Positions 1-11,941 of a DNA stretch of 64,000 bases are shown here, one piece after another. The stretch spans positions 195,858,001-195,922,000 of the forward strand of contig OZ024740.1 in the NCBI GenBank assembly GCA_964016885.1. Direction: 5' to 3'. The position numbers and the translations under genes were made by a program. Each line of letters opens with the position of its first letter. The stretch's first letter is position 1. The stretch comes from Eledone cirrhosa. Lineage: Eukaryota. Below the pieces are notes generated by a model. It did not search any database, was not told the origin of the DNA, and saw nothing but the letters and a program-made list of their open reading frames with translations.

Positions 1-600
1 ATGAACCTGTGAACGTCCCTAGCAGTTAAGAATGAGAAATTGAATTGTTTCTGGCGCGATTATACTCTCGTCATTGTTAACGAAAACTACATTGAAACAC
101 GCACACACACACATGTGTATTGACGGTAATACACACACATGCTAACGGCGACATAACATTTACCGGTTATATAAACTTTTCATGCTATATAACATCGTAC
201 TGACTACATAGCCTTTTACCTGCTACATAGCTTTACCGGCTACATAATGAATACCGGCTACGCAATTGATCTTGTTTAAGGAAGTCTGCGAATAGTGGTT
301 TAAAAAATTATTTGTTAACTCACATGATGTGAAATGGAAGGGTAGTATTATCGCCATGAAGATTAACAACCGAAAATGAAAATAATTATGTCGTTTGATT
401 TTACGATTGAAATAAAATAATTGTCGCAAATTAGAATTTTTATTTGTTAATGAAGTGTGTATGTGTGGTTAGAAATCCGGCACGTGGTTAAATTGATTTA
501 AAGTTTAATTATTCATTTGATGTGAGTGTGTGTTTGTATGTGTTTGCAAATAAATAAATCAGTTTGAAGACTCACATTTAGAATAAACGAAATTGTACGT
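1..600. promoter_or_regulatory. CpG-retaining (probably unmethylated, promoter-proximal) region
   Basis: About 24 CpG counted by eye in 1-600 versus essentially none in 1141-1740 and very few in unique DNA thereafter. A short repeated motif (tacc(g/t)gctaca) occurs at ~200-262. Confidence 0.45.
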
Positions 601-984
601 TAATGTGGCTAATGTTTCTGTTGTTTAGTCTGTAAAGTGTATGAGTGAGAGAGTAAAACGGACAGTATCACCATCAACATGAACAATGTAAAATGAAAAG
701 AATAGTTGTTTCAGCTTGGAAAGAGAAAGTAGCAGAAAGTATGAAGTTGTATAGATTTTGAAGGGTAATGGAAAGAGTTTAGCAGTTGAAATGAGAGAGG
801 GAAATCGTAAAATATTGAGTTTTATCGATTTTTTGCGTAATTGTGGGTGAAATTGAAAAAGATATATGTGCCATGACCCAATCGAAGCTATTTCGAATAC
901 TGAATTGTAAATTTCAATTGAAGAAATTCTATATCGTAGATTTCTATAACAAAGAAATGTGACCATACACTGAGCTTTATAGAT

Positions 985-1133
985 AATGATATCGTATCTG
1001 TGAGATTTTGATGTTATTTATTTTGAGAACAATACCTTAACTTCAGTATGAGCAGCCAGTTACAACTTGTTTAAACAGAAAGGGGCGAGAGAATTCTGGC
1101 CGAAAATGGCCAGTTTAAATGCTAAAGGGTTAA
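985..1133 (+). mobile_element. piggyBac-type MITE family 1, 5'-truncated copy
   Basis: Body matches the full copies; ends in aaatgctaaaggg-TTAA. Confidence 0.75.
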
Positions 1134-1730
1134 AGCCAATCATATTGACCCCAGTACTTATTTTTTCAAGCCTGATACTTATTTCATTGATCTGTATATG
1201 TTGATCTGCTAAGTTACATAAACACAGGCACAGACACACACTTATGATGTCTGTCAAAAATGTATGTCTTTATTTTTCCCCATGGAAATTAATGATATTA
1301 TGGAGACAAAAGTGTGAATACCAAATATATAATTTAATGTTGAATGTAAACTTTGTGTGGTAGGCCTTAATAGACTTCTTCACTGGAGAGGTTCAAGCTG
1401 AACATCAGTTGCAACAGAGTCAATCTATTTCAGAAGTCAAAGACATGCAAAGGTCATAAAACTCTGTTTAAAAAAAAAAAAAACATGGTTTGTCTATATA
1501 TATGTGTGTTTAGAAGAGTGTGTATGTTGTAAAGATAAGCATTTTTTGTGTGAAAGGCTGAAAGTTTAGATTCTAAGGTCATTAATCTCAGTACCCACTT
1601 GTCTTATAGTATTCAGCCAAAATATAGCTATATTGTTGTTACCTATCAATATAAAGTTTAAAATATTGTAAGTGTTTGCATTGTTTTGAAAGCTTGTCAA
1701 CACAAAAGCATATTCAGTTTGCTAAATGAT

Positions 1731-1872
1731 TGGGTAAACATTAGTGCATTAGTTTAATGAACGGTAACACAATGCTAGAGCAGAATGAGATAACTGAATG
1801 TGTAAAGTATTTATCCAAAAGTACATATTGGTTGCAGGTGAGTAAAGAAAGTAAATGGGTTTTTTGGGGAAA
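1731..1872 (+). repeat. ~140-bp local direct duplication, copy 1 (copy 2 at 5062-5203)
   Basis: tgggtaaac...agtgcattagtttaatgaac...gcagaatgagataactgaatgtgtaaagt... occurs at both loci with few substitutions. Confidence 0.9.
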
Positions 1873-1887
1873 ACAAAATTATCCAAG

Positions 1888-2113
1888 TTAACTCTTTAGC
1901 ATTTAAACCGGCTGTATCTGGCCAGAATTCTCTCACCTCTTTCTGTTCAAACCGGCCATAATCAGCCGCTCACATTTATGTTAAGGTACTGTTCTCGAAA
2001 TAAATAATATCAAAATCTCATATATTCGATATTATGTGAGATAATTATGTGAAATAAAGTGTTTGTGAAAATACAATAGTAAATATAAAGTAATGTAAAT
2101 GGTAATGAGTTAA
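1888..2113 (-). mobile_element. piggyBac-type MITE family 1
   Basis: TTAA at both ends; degenerate TIR ccctttagcattta; body is the reverse complement of the 6859 and 29421 copies. Confidence 0.8.
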
Positions 2114-2334
2114 TGAATTATAAACAGGTGAAGTATTTTGAGTAAATTTAAGTAAGTAGTTTTTGCTCATTCGTTGATATTGATTATCAAACCAAAATAA
2201 TAGTAGGGCAGAGGCTCCTGACAAGGATTTGATAACCTCTCTTGTGTTGGACCCCAATAAACTGTACTCAATACATTCTGTAAAGTGGTTGACAATTGGA
2301 GACAATGCAAGGTAGAGAAGTACATAACCTCTCT

Positions 2335-2530
2335 AGTGCTGGTGCCATGATAAAATGTTCCCAGTATGCTCTGTTAAGTGGTTGGTATTAGGAAGAGTAT
2401 CTAGCCATAGAAACAATGCCCAAATATGAAATGTATGAGCAAGCTATGATCTCTACATCCTGTTTAGTTTTGGACTATGACAACCATTTCAATCCATGAT
2501 AGCAGCTGTTAAATTATGATGATGATGATG
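2335..2530 (+). mobile_element. RTE-tail SINE-like repeat (family C) ending in (GAT)n
   Basis: ggtattaggaagagtatctagccatagaaac matches family motif ttaggaagggcatccagctgtagaaacc; (gat)n tail. Other copies: 3978-4135(-), 11050-11327, 13447-13628, 42160-42330(-), 44641-44810(-), 49565-49770(-), 60209-60355(-), 62500-62800. Confidence 0.7.
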
Positions 2531-3051
2531 AAAAGTGGTTTAATAAGAGCAAAGTAGATACTGTGGACACTGATTTAGGTGCTGCTGGATGTTCTATAGT
2601 AAACTTGAATATTTTTTTTTTAAATGTCATATAAATGTTGAAATAGAGCAGAGGTAAAAAATACCTAGTGATCCTGTGGGATCACTATCAAATATTTAAT
2701 TTCCCTGATGATGTGTATAGGGAAGTCAGCTAGCAGACCTCTCTTCTTTCCATTTGTTGGTTTATCAGAAGTATAAGAAATGAAAAAAAGAAGAGATTTC
2801 TTAACTGGGAATGAAACTATACAGCTGTTAGGACTTGGTCCACTGGAAAAAAATTATCTCCACTCAATATCATTGATACATATGATATATATATATTTAT
2901 GGATAATGCAAGCATTAGTGTAGCGCATAACCATATTGAATATATATATATATATATAGTGGTGGAACACTGGAAGGTAATATCCGTAGGGGTAGATCAC
3001 TCAGTCCAAGGGACGAGTTAGGTAGAAGTGGTTACACAAGAGTTAGTTCAC

Positions 3052-3099
3052 CATACCGAGAACAATTGTTTCACCTTCACAGATCTTCAGCTCGGGATG
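3052..3099 (-). ncRNA. Minimal type I hammerhead ribozyme motif (left arm)
   Basis: Minus strand reads catcccgag CTGAAGA tctgtgaaggt GAAAC aatt GTT ctcggtatg; stem I pairs 8/9. Confidence 0.6.
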
Positions 3100-3128
3100 T
3101 GTATGGTTCCTGTTCCTATAACCATACA

Positions 3129-3176
3129 CATCCCGAGCTGAAGATCCGTGAAGGTGAAACAATTGTTCTCGGTATG
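3129..3176 (+). ncRNA. Minimal type I hammerhead ribozyme motif (right arm)
   Basis: catcccgag / CTGAAGA (3138-3144) / tcc-gtgaa-ggt / GAAAC (3156-3160) / aatt / GTT / ctcggtatg; palindromic stem III aacaattgtt; predicted cut after 3167. Confidence 0.65.
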
Positions 3177-4749
3177 GTGAACTAACTGTTGTGTAACCAC
3201 TTCTATATATATATATTCCTAGTAAATAGTATAATAAAGGAAACAAAAATGAAAAATGATTTGAGAATTAATGGAGGGAATGATGAAGATTATGAATTGT
3301 GTTGCAGTTGTGAAATTTATCCTAATGCTTATTAAAAAAAAAATGCATCTCACAACAAATGGTAATCTGTGAATTCTTCTTTGAAAAGAAAAAAAAGGAA
3401 TGAAATGTAGAACACTACAACTATTTCAAATACATGGAAAAATTAAGCAGCAGATTTTTATGGTTGATTATGAAGTAAGTCAGAAACATCAATACACTCA
3501 TATATCTCTATATCTTATTTCACCATGCAATCCCTTAAGCTTGAATGTGCTGTCTTGCCTCCTTTTCTCCCTTGTGACCAAAGCAGATATTAAAGATGTG
3601 CAAATAAACATCCCTCCTGGACAAACACATCCCAATGCTTCAGTTTTATGACAGTTACTATCAAATTCCAGCAATAAATACAAAATAAATGCTGTTTAGA
3701 ATGCTGTAAAGATATTTCTGATTGCTTGAGAAGAAAATATATTGCTTCTTTCATAAAACATTGTATGTGTGCTGCAAACAACAAATAAATATTGAGATGC
3801 AGCAAAAAGTATAAGATAGGAATATATACAACAAAGAATTAAAATCCTAATGACCAAAAAATATTCACTGGAAATTTGCATTCCATAAATATCAAATCTG
3901 AAAAATTATTCTTGTGATATGGTTGAAAACAATCTATGCTTAAACTTACTTAGCTAGTGGCAACTTTTCGCCACTAACATCATCATCACTGTTTTATGTC
4001 CATTCTTCCACGCTAGCATGGGTTAGATGAGTTGTCCTGTTGTGGGCAATGCTAGGTCAGGTGACCATGTCTTGTTCATACAGAACTGATTTTGGCTTGG
4101 TTTCTACAGCTGGATGCCCTTTCTAATGCCAAAACAGTTCAAGAACAAGTGTATCTTGAAAATCTATTTCTATCTTTTCTTAAAACTATATTTACACCAT
4201 GGAGTTTTGCTTCATTTGTTTAACTTAATCATTTCCTCTTTAATTTCATTTACACTACTACGTTCATCAAACTTCTATTTTATTTTATCAAGGGTGAAAA
4301 GCAAAATTGACTTTAGTATTTAAACTCAGCACAGAAAGCCAGAAGAAATACCACAAGGCATTTTGTTCTAATGATTCTAGAAATTTGTCTGTCACTATAT
4401 AGTAATATTGAAGTATTTTTTTCTCAGTATTTTCAATACCTTGAGAGATAAAAAGCTTCATATTTCTGTGTGGAACTAATTGGTGTCAGTTATTAGCATG
4501 TGTGTATTTTCCCCAAAGAATATGCGTGAAAAAAAAAATTCATTGTAGCTATTATTACTAAAATTACGTGCCAAGCATTACTAATAACAATTATAAAATG
4601 TTTTTTTAATTGGTCATTATCAAATTTCCATGTCAACTTAATATATAAATCAATAGAATAAGTTTTATAAGAAAGAGATTTTGTGTGTTTGTTTGTCAGC
4701 AAGAATTTATGTTGCAAGTTTTTATCTGATTATAATGGAACAGTTGTGT

Positions 4750-5062
4750 AAAGGCGTGTGGTTTTGTGGTTAGGACATTCAGCTTGTAATCATAAGGTCA
4801 TGAGTTCCATTCCCGGCAACTCGTTGTGTCCTTGAGCAAGACACTTTACTTCACATTACTTCAGCCCATTCAACTGGCAAAAATGAGTTGTACTTGTAAT
4901 TCAAAAGGCCAGCCCTGTCACATTCTGTGACACACTGAATCTCCTTGCGAACTACATTAAGGGTATGCATGTCTGTGGAATTCTCAGTCACTTGCACGCT
5001 AATTTAATGAGCAGGTTGTTCTATTGATCGGATCAACTGGAACACTCATTGTCATAACTGAT
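4750..5062 (+). mobile_element. tRNA-derived CORE-type SINE (family B)
   Basis: tRNA-like head (gtggttagg...gagttccattccc) followed by CORE-like tgtgtccttgagcaagacacttt. Relatives: 7320-7595(-), 24710-24810, 32810-33030, 34546-34626, 42345-42500(-), 48560-48790, 49255-49530, 55340-55550, 63460-63600(-). Confidence 0.7.
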
Positions 5063-5203
5063 GGGTAAACGTGAGTGCATTAGTTTAATGAACTGTAACA
5101 CAATGCTAGAGCAGAATGAGATAACTGAATGTGTAAAGTGTTTATCCAAAAGGACATATTGGGTGCAGATGAGTAATTAAAGTAAATGAGAATTTGTGGG
5201 GAA
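5062..5203 (+). repeat. ~140-bp local direct duplication, copy 2
   Basis: Matches 1731-1872; begins directly at the end of the SINE. Confidence 0.9.
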
Positions 5204-5267
5204 AGAACTAATGGAGCAATGGCATTTTCGTTATATCTCATGGTCAGTACTTTAGTGTTTTTATAGG

Positions 5268-5425
5268 TGCAGTCATGGCTATATGATTAAGCAGTTTGCT
5301 TTGCACCCACATGATTTGGGGTTCAATTTCACTGCATGGTGCCTTCTGTTTATCTTCTGCTATAGCCTTAGGCTAATCAATGCCTTGTGTATGGAATTTT
5401 ACTGAAGGAAACTGAATGGAAGACC
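5268..5425 (+). mobile_element. Old tRNA-derived SINE (family E)
   Basis: B-box-like ggttcaatttc; tail aatgccttgtg...ggaaactgaa. Relatives at 9470-9620(-), 63610-63750(-), 63775-63925(+). Confidence 0.6.
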
Positions 5426-6494
5426 TTTAAATTGTATTTGTTATTGGTGGTAGATCTAACTCAATCTGTTGCCTGATTCACAATGTGAATCTTAGGTTTT
5501 CTTAGCCGAGGCCACTCTGCTGCAAGCATTCAGACAAGGTACCCAATCTGAAGATAATTTAATATCATAATGCACTGATTCCTACTATAGCAATCCATAC
5601 ACAACACTTGGTTTCTTCTTTTCCTTTCCCTCTCGCTATCCCATAAATCTTCTTTTTTTTAAATCTCTTCTCCTTAAACTTAAATGTATAGAGTATCCAA
5701 ATTGCATTAACTATTTGTTGTATCTACAAGATCCATTTCACGGATGAGCTAGGATGCACCACCAGTGATGTAACCTGGGATCATCAGGTGTTGCGGGTCT
5801 TTTAACATTAGGAACCCTTGCCCAGACAAACCAGCCAAAGTTGACCAGGGCTTGACTTGTGTCCAATCAGCAACTAACCATAGACAAGCTCATTTAATCC
5901 AAAGTCTTTTTCTGCTGTCTTGCTATACTTCTATTAAAATTGAACATTACTTTGTCTTTGTTAGCACTTACAGGTTTCTCCACAGTATTGTTATCACAAG
6001 AAATTTATGTATTAAATTCAATATAGCATACATTTAATGTTATAGCTATCTAACATAATAGATCTAGCAGCATAACCTGTGAGCTTCATCCAAGGTGTGG
6101 TTTATTCATTGTAAGTTGAAAACCATTATAATGGATACATTAAACTTGATAAGTTAAGTGGTTCCTAGCTACCAATGAATTCCTAGACTTTTTAGCTGCA
6201 CATTGAAAGTAAACTATGAAGATTACAAGTTTGTAACAGAGAGAGAAGAAAAAAAACATCAGACATCAATATGATTTACTGCTCATTCATTGATTGAGCA
6301 GTACAAATAGTGAATCAGTAATGTGTGAAAGAAAAGGAAATAAATATGAGCCACTAAACACAGGTTGAGAAATTAGGAATAGATTGGGCTTGTTGGCATT
6401 AATAATGCATCAATAATAAGGTAGCAACAGACTGATATAAACATGGGTAGAATAAATTATTAGAATTAGCTGAACAAATGGCAGTTGATTGTTG

Positions 6495-6780
6495 TTGGTG
6501 TTATTATTTAGCTCCATATCAGCATTGATAAAACAGAGCTATGATGAAAGGCATTGTAACTGTGACCACCCCATCTGTTCTCTGAGCATAGTGAATACAC
6601 CATCCTGTTCTAAGAGAGTAAGGTGTGGTTTAAGGGAGATATTTTTTTAATCCAAACATAGTGAATTTAGGACTACATTCAATGTATCTTTCCTTCCTTT
6701 AAGCTAGCTTTAAGTATGATTTGATGGAGATTTAGCTGTTATTTCTATCAAGTCAAGAGATCAGCAACTCCTTTATTGGA
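6495..6780 (+). repeat. Unclassified dispersed repeat (family D)
   Basis: Motifs tatgatcaaaggcattcca...ggactacattatccaatg...ggagatttggctgctatttctagca recur at 10490-10660, 15890-16030, 17265-17420, 18445-18880, 20695-20890, 25760-25895(-), 42760-42980, 47390-47510, 61915-62130. Confidence 0.7.
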
Positions 6781-6858
6781 TCACATGAAAGCATTCTATA
6801 CTTATGAAAAATGATAAAGACATAAAATATATGGGAATAGTCTGGAAGTATTGTTATT

Positions 6859-7077
6859 TTAACCTTTTAGCATTTATATTACTCTATATATACTATTATA
6901 TTTTTGTGGTAATGGCTTTATCTTACACAATTATCTTACATAATATCAAATCTATGAGATTTTGATATTAATTATTTTGAGAACAATACCTTAACATCAG
7001 TATGAGTGGCCAGTTTGAACAGAAAGAAGTGAAAGGATTCTAGCCAGATACAGCCGGTTTAAATGCTAATGGGTTAA
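6859..7077 (+). mobile_element. piggyBac-type MITE family 1
   Basis: TTAA-ccttttagcattt ... aaatgctaatggg-TTAA; ~220 bp, no ORF. Confidence 0.85.
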
Positions 7078-8780
7078 TAGATTTTTAGCTAAAAACCATT
7101 ATTTGGTCAGAATGTCACAATCTATGTTAAGAGAGTAGAAATATATTAGTGCCATGTTCTGAATATCCTCCACAAGGTGAATATGGTTCAGACATAAATG
7201 GCTTGTGTGCTTAGACTGCTTACATACCTATCACCCATGCTAACATTGAGAAAAGACTAGAAATTGCAATGATTAATTTTGGTGTCGATATTTGTGATTA
7301 ACTGTGGTAATTAAATTTAAGTTAAGTTAAAGTCTATTCTAAGCTGAAGGCTCATCAGCCAGTACTTGTCTCTGGTTTCCTTGGTGTTAAGCAACTTGGA
7401 GTATAATATTCTCCCTGGACAGGACATCAGTCTATCACAAGTTTAACTCCCTAGCTACTGCTGGTACTCATCTCAGCTGAGTGTACAGGAGAAACGTGAA
7501 ATAAAGTGTTTTGCTCAAGAACACAATTCAGGAATTGAACTAATGACATTATGATCATATGTCAAGCATCCTAATCATTATGTCATACACCTTCACATTA
7601 GCTTTACAGAAGAATGTAACTTCATTCAAAGCTATAGCTAATTCTAATGTTTAGTGCTAATATTAGTAGAAGGAATCACAAGAATGTTCTTCTAAATAAG
7701 AAAATATGTTTAGAATATTTGAAATTATTCGATAAAAAGAGACTCTAGAAGAAGATTTATTAATTAAAATTACTTTTCTTATAACCAAGATTTTTGTAGA
7801 TTAATATTTACCATGGTACTGCAGTAGTAATTTGACAGAAATAGTGGTACAGAAAACTATGTATCATATTACTTAGTTCTGTTCCTCTTTGAGTTCTAAT
7901 CCTGCTGAGATTGAATTTTCCTAATTACACAGATTGTCATTGTAAATTCAGTGAAACTATGATAGGTCCATTGGAAATTTGTTTCTAATGATGCTGTTGT
8001 TCACAAAATATGGTAAACTAAAATGATAAATAAATAGAGTTTTTGTCAGTATTTTTTGTTTTAATTTATTGCCCTCATTTTGAAATAATCTTTGCATCAT
8101 CAATTCTGAAACTTTTTTTATATATTTCAATAATTATTTTTATATTTCAACAATTATTTTTAAACATTATTCTGGCAGTTTTTAACTTTGCAGGTTTCTT
8201 AGAAAATGTTGAAAACATTTCAACATTTTAATGATACCAGACCACATGAAACTGCTCCTGGCCCTAGATTTTTATTTTAAAGTGTTTATATTTATCTAAA
8301 AACCATCCATCATAATTTGTTAAGTTCTATTAGGTTCCAAACAACATAATGATAAAGTTAGTTATATATCTAAATCTTTCCAAATTCATTGATTATTTTC
8401 AAATGATTTCCAAATTATAGGCAATGTATTTCATTAGAAATACGGTAATGAAATTATATATAATGTGAATGGTTTATTTTTAATGAATTCTGTTGCTTTT
8501 AGATAATTTCCTTGACATACACTCTTAAGGAAAGATATATTCATCTCTTTTATCTGTACAATTCACTGCTTCAGTTATATTTGACTTCATATCATTTTCT
8601 TTATTAAATCTATTATCTTATTACATTGTTACTGGCTTAGTAAAGTAGAGGGCAACTTTCATTTGATTCAATCATTCAAATTACTTAATATATAGTTTTA
8701 GTTTTGTTGCACAAATTATATATATTTTCTATTCTCTGTCATAAACCAGCATTACAAATCATAAAGCCTAGATTTAAAAA

Positions 8781-9009
8781 TTCACTTTTTCATGACCACA
8801 TTTCTAATGAAATACAGTCTATTTTAATTAATTAATTAATGAAGAATTTTGAGGGATTTACTTAAATTATTAATTATTTCAATACTAAGATACAACTTAT
8901 AGAAAATTACGTTGGAAGATTTTAATTTAAATTGGAAACCTTTAAAATGGGCAGTTTTATTTCATAGAACCAGAGCCAGTTTTGGCTGGGTTGGTAACTA
9001 AAAGGTTAA
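8781..9009 (+). mobile_element. piggyBac-type MITE family 2
   Basis: Body shared with 18595-18833 and 53001-53232(-); ends ggtaactaaaagg-TTAA. Confidence 0.75.
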
Positions 9010-11529
9010 ATTGCTGCATATATTCTAATTAGATCCATTATATATTTATTAATTGTAAGTTCTATGAATATAAAGTTTTATGTAATAACATGTTCTAGTT
9101 AGAAAACTATTTTAATAAGTATGTGTAGAAAGAAGTCCATTGTATGTATGTATTCATGTGTGTGTTTGAGAGAGAGAGAGATGCACCCAGTGCACTCTGT
9201 AGAGTACAGGAATGGATGTAAGCGAGATACGACCTCCCGAGCTCATCTGAGATGAATAGATGCAATTAAGTACTGACATGGTCTGTGGCTACTCTTGCAC
9301 CCCTTTCTATAAGGAAGAACGGACATTAAATGATGATGATGATGATGTGTGTGAGCTGCATCCCTTTATATCAAAACATAACTTGTTGATTTGATAAAGA
9401 TCTATATCCACTTGGTAGAATTAAACCAGGCAATGGATTAGATAAGCTCTATCAAACAACAGGTACAGATTAATAGGCTTCATTTCAGTTTCCATCAGCT
9501 AAATTCCATTCACAAAGCATTGTCAACCAGAAGCTACAGTAGAAGACACTTTCCCAAGTTGCTGCTCAGTGGGATTGGACTTGGAATCATGTATTTGCAA
9601 AACAAATTTCTTAATTGCATAACTTCTTTAGACCATTTTTGTATCTAGTGTCAACCATGGAATATAGAAATAATGAAGTCTAACTACAAAGAAACTGTTG
9701 TGTTTTTCACCTGCCTCACTCCATACAGTTTCCTTTAAAGTTTCTGATTGTCTCAGAATTTGTTTTAATGCCAAGAATGTGAGTGCACTCTTGTGTTCTT
9801 AACCCATGCTAGTGTGGAAGATAGACCTTAAACAATGATGAATGATGAATGATGATGATGATGGTTATGTGTAGATTTGTGTTCAGTTTTATCTTTTTTT
9901 TTTTTTTTTTTTTTTTTTTTGTAATGAATCCAGACAAACTGGAGACTCCTAAAGACTTCAACTGTCTAAAAAGTCTAAAGTCTGTTTCAAGCCTGGTGTT
10001 ATCCAATTTCCGTAGTGTTAAGTAACTGAGAATACCTCAGCTGTGGGAAAGTGTTAATGAGCACAGGGAAATACAAATGGAGAGTGATGGTATGGCATTA
10101 AGCCAGGCACTGCTGTCGTGTTGGAAGGCCAAGTAAAAACATACCAGATGGTGCTGGTCAAGCCAGCATACCAGACTGCATGAGGTCATGTTGCAGTGGA
10201 TTGCGTCCCATTTGTTTTGTTGGGACTGGATATCTATGGAGGTTAAAGGGGAATGGTTGCTTGCAGGGCAGCGGCCAAGCTGGTTCCAAGTCGCATTGAC
10301 TAGTTAATTGATAATTAACTTCATGCTGCTGAGTGACTGTGTGTCTACCTGTCTCCTGGTTGCTGGTTGGGTGACAATTCAACTGGTGTTTTGTCATTGG
10401 CTGTCTTGAATACCAATGGGTACTGTATTGACAAAAAAAGGTTTTACTTTACTTTTTATCACATGTAAAAACATGTAGGTGTTGTAATTGTTGTTTAGCT
10501 CCAAGTTAGTCCTGATGGAGCTGACATATTGTCGAAGGCACTTTAGCCACAGTCATGCCTTTTAGTCAAGATTATCTAATGTGTTCTTTGTTTTGAAAAT
10601 AGTGTGTAATTTGAAGGAGATTTGGCTGGTATTTCTAGCAGATTGAGCTACTTTGTTGACTCATTTGGGTGTAAGGATTTTGTCTATATTATTTACTAGC
10701 AATCAGTCTTTGACATCGTGAGTTATGCTGAGACTAGGAATTTCTGTGACCAGCTTGATACAAATGTTTTTTTATTTAATGTATTTATTGTTTAAGAAGG
10801 GCTTTGTACAAATTAATTTATTCATTCATTTCAATAAACTTTATAATTAATGCTTCCTGTATTAAATTAATTATTGTTTTACATGTTAGATGATGTGTTT
10901 GAGTTATTCAGTTTCCAAACCATACTATGACTAAGTCAATGTTCTGTTAATATTTATTAAGATTAATATATAATGAAAATAAATTACACAACTGAAGGGC
11001 TGGAAGGACATGTCAACCTCCCTTGTGTTGGTGACCTACACAATAAATGCACCCTGTACATGCTATAGAGTGATTGGTGATAGAAAGGGCATCCAGCTGT
11101 TGAAAGTTTGCCAAACAAGGGGTTGGGAAGACCCTTCAGTTTATGTAAAAAAAACCGCATCAACTTCTGCACTTGAATAAAATGTATGACCTTATGTAAG
11201 CAGGATGCAGACCCCTCAGCCATATCTGGGAGGTCAGTAGCCCCGCTTCAGTGTTGACTTGGTCTATGTAAACTCCTCTAATCTCTGGTACCCAGGAAAG
11301 TGGATGTTAAACGATGATGATGATGCTTCATCTTTACTTGCCTGCTAAAATTGTACTTCATTTAGAATCTCTTAACATAATGTTGCTCCAGTGGATAGTG
11401 TGTGCAGCATCTGTGTATAAAGTGTTCCCTTACAATATAGAATTTATCTTTGTTTCTTTGTTGTTGAAGAAATATGAAAGTATGAAAGGGAGTGTGGCTG
11501 ATATTACACCAAATTGGGATGTTTTGTTA

Positions 11530-11941
11530 TTTTACATTACTCGATATTTACTATTATATTTTCATGGGCGGTGGATTGGCAGTATCGGTAGAGGGTCGGG
11601 CGCCATGCTTTCCAGCATAGTAATGTCCCTTTACGATCTGAGTTCAAATCCCGCCGAGGTTGACTTTGCCTTTCATCCTTACGGGGTCGATAAAATAAAG
11701 TACCAGTAATACACTGGGTAATTGCTGGCCTTGTGCCTAAAGTAGAAACAATTATATTTTCATGGTAAATACTTTACCTCACATAATTATCTCACATAAT
11801 ATCAAATCTATGAGAGTGATATTATTTATTTTGAGAACAATACCTTAACATATGTATGAGTGGCTGGTTACAGCTAGTTTGAACAGAAAGTGGTAAGAGA
11901 ATTCTGGCTGGATAGGGCCAGTTTAAATGCGAAAGGGTTAA
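11530..11941 (+). mobile_element. piggyBac-type MITE family 1 interrupted by a SINE
   Basis: MITE body is continuous once the SINE at 11568-11750 and one TSD are removed; ends gaaaggg-TTAA. Confidence 0.8.
11568..11750 (+). mobile_element. Young tRNA-derived SINE (family A, Meta-domain-like centre) with 15-bp TSD
   Basis: A-box-like tggcagtatcgg; B-box gagttcaaatccc; centre gcctttcatccttacggggtcgataaa; TSD attatattttcatgg at 11553-11567 and 11751-11765. Confidence 0.9.

Larger units (their letters stand above)
2959..3205. mobile_element. Fold-back PLE-like mini-element with head-to-head hammerhead motifs, inserted in (TA)n
   Basis: 86-bp arms at 3023-3108 and 3120-3205 (84/86 complementary), 11-nt loop; (TA)n on both sides. 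Confidence 0.75.

Noticed and set aside
11568-11660. tRNA gene suggested by A/B boxes
   Set aside because: No cloverleaf; it is the head of a multi-copy SINE with a TSD.
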